Shown here in pieces: positions 49,406-53,605 of a stretch of DNA of 53,605 bases. The stretch comes from Octopus bimaculoides. Its lineage: Eukaryota. The notes beneath the pieces were generated by a model. It made no database searches. It saw nothing but the letters and a program-made list of their open reading frames with translations, and was not told the DNA's origin. Position numbers and translations under genes: made by a program. Numbering within the stretch: position 1 is the first letter of the stretch; each line of letters begins with the position of its first letter. The stretch spans positions 31,078,986 through 31,132,590 of the forward strand of contig NC_068988.1 of the NCBI RefSeq assembly GCF_001194135.2. Reading direction: 5' to 3'.

Positions 49406-50344
49406 GACATATTGGATGAGTGATTCACACAAAAGTTCGAAGGTGCCGTTTTAAATGAACAATATTTAAACAAAGTCGTTGGAACCTTACAGATGAAATT
49501 TCCCAACGTCTTAAACAGATTAGAGATAAAGTTCTCACTTCATAATGCAACAATCAATTGCAATAGAAAGTCTCGGAACTTGGAAGTTAAATTAAATACA
49601 ATTGGCGTAAATTGATGCATGTAAATGTAAGTGTCGTTCAGAGTGTGATGTAACAAAACACTTATGCAGACTCCAAATGTCAACAGTTAATCATGATCTC
49701 ACACATGCTGGTACTATGCCCGATCAAAATCTCAGCAAACACTTACTAACAAGGAACGTTGAGGTGCCCCTCGAGTAGAGAACCTGCCTATTCATTTGCA
49801 AATATATTCACGTTCAGTGATATTTAACAAGCTTGAGTACATTCGGACGTAATAAGATAAGACCTGCACTGCAGAAATGGTACCCCACCAAATTCTCCAC
49901 CTAGATGACATGTATGAAAACACGTCAACAAATGTGCTGTATACTGTTCTTATATAAGAACGAGTTAATTCATACCGAGCTGTGAATGACAGATTTGGTA
50001 TTCGTAGCTTTGGTATTCGATGCGAAAGAAAGTAGAAACACACGAGTCCTACGATCCAATGACAACTTTCACAGCCCTATGTGATTTCAAATATGTCGTC
50101 AGAGAGAAGAATTTTCTTCCGCGGATATTTCTGCGGCGAACGTCTTCCCTCATCTGAATGTCCTGAAGCATGTTCAATATGACTTTACACGAATATTTCA
50201 AAATGCTTTTGGCTATTATTACCTAGTCCTTGTTTTATCACAGTCCGTATTGAGCAGAGCTATGATGAATGAAAGACCTTCATTCTAAGATCATAAAACT
50301 ACATTAAGGGTTATTTGATTCAAAATAAAAATAATAAAACAACA

Positions 50345-50490
50345 ACATAGCATCCATGACTTTCGGAAACATTTTTTCATGCTCAGAATTACTGAAGCAT
50401 GGAATAAGCTACTTCCATCGGTTGTTAGCTGTTGAGGCACAACATCTTTCAAAACTTCCATGTTTTCTAAAATTCGCCAACAGTACCTGA
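50345..50490 (+). mobile_element. 3' end of a CR1-type LINE
   Basis: HDFRKHFFMLRITEAWNKLLPSVVSC*GTTSFK matches the R..FF..R....WN.LP..VV......FK CR1 C-terminus. Confidence 0.75.
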
Positions 50491-50880
50491 TGTACTCTAC
50501 CCTTACTTTTTTTAGTTGTAGTGCACCTGAGTACCGTAAATAAGTTCATTATATAGATGTAAATAAAATAATGTAAAGAGAATGTGAAAATAAAAATTGC
50601 ATAAACACTGACGTAGAAAAAAAAGTCATAGTTTGCAAAATTATGAAGGTTACGAAAGATGTGTTGGGTGTTGCCATGGTTACGAAAGATGCAATAAGTG
50701 AATGCTAGGTTGGATCAAGAATCTTAAAGAGAATTTAGGATAAAATGATTTGGCTGAAAAACTGACAATTGAAAAGTCATAATGGATCAAATCAATGTCA
50801 GATTTCTGCTGAACTTTATTGCTTACTCACACACAAGACATACACATACACATAAATATACATATACATTCACACACACA

Positions 50881-50927
<47 letters not shown>

Positions 50928-51282
50928 GTATATATGTATATATTTGTATATATATACACATACATACATGCATGNNNNNNNNNNNNNNNNNNNNNNNNNN
51001 NNNNNNNNNNNNNNNNNNNNNNNNNNNNNNNNNNNNNNNNNNNNNNNNNNNNNNNNNNNNNNNNNNNNNNNNNNNNNNNNNNNNNNNNNNNNNNNNNNNN
51101 NNNNNNNNNNNNNNNNNNNNNNNNNNNNNNNNNNNNNNNNNNNNNNNNNNNNNNNNNNNNNNNNNNNNNNNNNNNNNNNNNNNNNNNNNNNNNNNNNNNN
51201 NNNNNNNNNNNNNNNNNNNNNNNNNNNNNNNNNNNNNNNNNNNNNNNNNNNNNNNNNNNNNNNNNNNNNNNNNNNNNNNNNN

Positions 51283-51397
51283 GGCGATTATCTTCTACTA
51301 TACTTTGGGCGAGTATCTTCTACTATAGCCTCGGGCCGACCAAAACCTTGTGAGTGGATTTGGTAGACGAAAACTGAAAGAAGCTCGTCTTATATAC

Positions 51398-51429
<32 letters not shown>

Positions 51430-51660
51430 ATTTATGTTTGTACTTGTGTCTGTGTGCGTATTTGCGTATGTATGTATTTGTTTATGTTTATCCCCACCGT
51501 TATTGGTGTGTTTACGTCCCCGTAACTTAGGGGTTCGATAGAATAAGTTCTAGGCTTACAAAGAATAAGTCCTGAAGTTCTTTGTTCGAATAAAGTCGGT
51601 GTTCCAGCATGGCCGCAGTCAAATGACTGAAACAAGTAAAACAATAAAAGAATACAGAAT
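51283..51660 (+). mobile_element. SINE family B, well-preserved copy
   Basis: tcttctactatagcctcgggccgacc...gaaactgaaagaagc, microsatellite, gtaacttag...ccagcatggccgcagtcaaatgactgaaacaagtaaaa. Confidence 0.88.
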
Positions 51661-51879
51661 ATGTATGTATGTATGTATGCATGCATGCATACATACATAC
51701 ATACATACATACATACATACAATTTTTAGGCCTAATTTGCTACATCTTCAGCCTAATTACCCAATTTGTGCTAAATCTTAGGCCTAATTACTTAATTGGC
51801 CTAATTGGCTAAATTTTAAATTGGCTAAGTATTTAGCCAATTAGGCCTAAGAACCACAGTTAGTACAAACCTTAAAGAA

Positions 51880-52355
51880 GTAAACTTCCCAGACATGAAC
51901 ATGAAGCTTAACACAGGAAAATTTAAACCCTACCACAAACAAAACGAGGAAGCCTCGTACATAGACATAGGTTCCAACCACCCACCAGCAGTAATTAAAC
52001 AAATAGTTAACAACATTAGCAGGAGGGGTTCTAATTTATTCCTCGACAAAGACATTTTTGAAAAAGCCGCTCCATATTATAATACTGAATTAGAAAGGTC
52101 CAACTTCAAGAATAGCAAACGCTACATTAAACCAAATATTTAAGAAGACGAAGGTAGAAGAAAAGTTTATGGTTCAACCCACCTTTTTACATGAATGTAG
52201 CTATTAACATAGCTATAAAATTCTTAAAACTAATAGACAACCATTTTTCACATTCACACAAATACCATAAGATCTTCAACAGAAACACTGTTAAAGTTAG
52301 CTATAGTTGCCTCCCCAATATAGGGTCAATAATACTTAATCACAATAAACATAAA
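51880..52355 (+). mobile_element. Second, distinct Penelope-like element fragment (RT thumb / linker region)
   Basis: KLNTGKFKPYHKQN..SYIDIGSNHPPAVIKQI..ISRR..FEKAAPYYNTEL; then WFNPPF..FLKLIDNHF..YHKIFNRNTVKVSYSCLPNI..II.NHN. Confidence 0.8.
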
Positions 52356-52453
52356 CCTCAGAAACAACTCGGAAAGACAATGAAATTTCTTTTAACATGA
52401 AACCAATGGTAGCTTTAATTCATAAATAAAGAATCTGTCTGTTTGTCTGTCTG

Positions 52454-52501
<48 letters not shown>

Positions 52502-52681
52502 NNNNNNNNNNAACACTGTTAAAGTTAGCTATAGTTGCCTCCCCAATATAGGGTCAATAATACTTAATCACAATAAACATAAACCTCAGAAACAACTCGG
52601 AAAGACAATGAAATTTCTTTTAACATGAAACCAATGGTAGCTTTAATTCATAAATAAAGAATCTGTCTGTTTGTCTGTCTG

Positions 52682-52740
<59 letters not shown>
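52284..52740. other. Exact ~218-bp direct duplication on both sides of a 10-N gap (probable assembly artefact)
   Basis: 52284-52501 is repeated identically from 52512; both copies end in the same (TATC)n. Confidence 0.85.
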
Positions 52741-52749
52741 ACATATACA

Positions 52750-53150
52750 TACAGGGTGTCCTTATATTGGCTCGATAATTTGAAAAGTTAAAAAAAATAT
52801 GGATAACTCGACAGAGCTTATTGGAAAAGAAAACAAAAAAAAACCCAAAACTTTATTAGAAATTGCAGCAGACTTCCGCATGGGCTTCCTTGGTTGCACG
52901 CAACCTGCTGAATTATTGTTTTCAGACCGTTGAACGTTCTGGTGAAAGCACTGCTGATAACTTGTAACAATAGAATCGCAAATATCAAGAAACATTGCGT
53001 TTGGCTTTTGAGCGCATTTTTGTTCAACACATTTATGTTGCTGGTTTATACCGTAAACTTTACTAAGAAGCATCCCCATAAAACAATCTAGTGGTGTGAG
53101 GTCAGGTGAACGTGGAGGATATTCTACTGACTCTCTTCGTCCAAATCCAC
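52750..53150 (-). mobile_element. Tc1/mariner-superfamily element, 3' end with terminal inverted repeat
   Basis: FGRRESVEYPPRSPDLTPLDCF..LLSKVY (consensus WPPRSPDLTPLDFFLWG). TA plus CAGGGTGTCC terminus at 52750-52761. Confidence 0.8.
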
Positions 53151-53330
53151 CTGTTTGTATATATATATACGACGGACTTCTTTTTAGTTTCCGTCGGCCA
53201 GATCCACTCACAAGGCTTTGGTCGGCCCGTGGTTGCAGTAGAAGGCACTAGTCCAAGATTTTACGCAGTGGGACTGAACCTAGAAGCATGCGGTTGGGAA
53301 GTAAGCTTCTTACCACACAGTCGAGCCTGC
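53150..53330 (-). mobile_element. SINE family B, tRNA-like head
   Basis: Minus strand ctgtgtggtaagaagc (A box) and ggttcagtccc (B box), then gggccgaccaaagccttgtgagtggat. Confidence 0.8.
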
Positions 53331-53557
53331 ATACATACATACATACATACATACATACATACATACATACATACATACATACACACATACATACATATGA
53401 TATATATATATCATATATATGTGTGTATATATATATGTATGTGTGTGTATGTATGTATGCATGTATATCATACGTACTTTTTTCAGTTTTGGGATATGTA
53501 TATGTACATGTATACATATCTTATATACGTACCTACCTATCTATTTATTTATCTATC

Positions 53558-53605
<48 letters not shown>

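Noticed and set aside
50660-50675. GTTGCCATGGTTAC, resembling an RFX X-box
   Set aside because: It has one mismatch in the conserved half-site, lies within a small local duplication and has no nearby supported gene start.

Overview
Eukaryotic, AT-rich, microsatellite-saturated genomic DNA with 13 N-gaps. The repeat landscape (tRNA-derived SINE families, RTE/Tx1/CR1/Penelope remnants, dense short tandem repeats) suggests a coleoid cephalopod, probably an Octopus draft assembly; this is an inference from pattern recognition, not a database result. Two genes are well supported. (1) The last coding exon of TACO1 (YebC/PmpR family) at 632-835 (+). (2) A complete 4-exon, 225-aa PEBP-family (PEBP4-like) gene at 3896-9893 (+), which I assembled from canonical, phase-compatible splice sites. 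It has a signal peptide, a remodelled ligand pocket and a hydrophobic C-terminal tail. The ORF track shows it only in fragments. The remaining ~43 kb is mostly decayed mobile elements: RTE, Tx1, CR1 and R4/Dong-like LINEs, two different Penelope-like elements, Tc1/mariner remnants, MITEs, a Helitron-like end and many SINEs. It also holds several unassigned candidate exons that may belong to one or two hidden genes. The most unusual small-scale signals are a hammerhead-ribozyme-like motif with a non-canonical core (21635-21670, -), a perfect 52-bp telomeric-repeat palindrome with TTAA ends (20122-20173), a PHD-finger remnant inside an RTE reverse transcriptase, and a young MITE with 90-bp inverted repeats. 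No CRISPR array, rRNA or intact tRNA gene was seen. Most listed ORFs are artefacts of microsatellites or N-runs.
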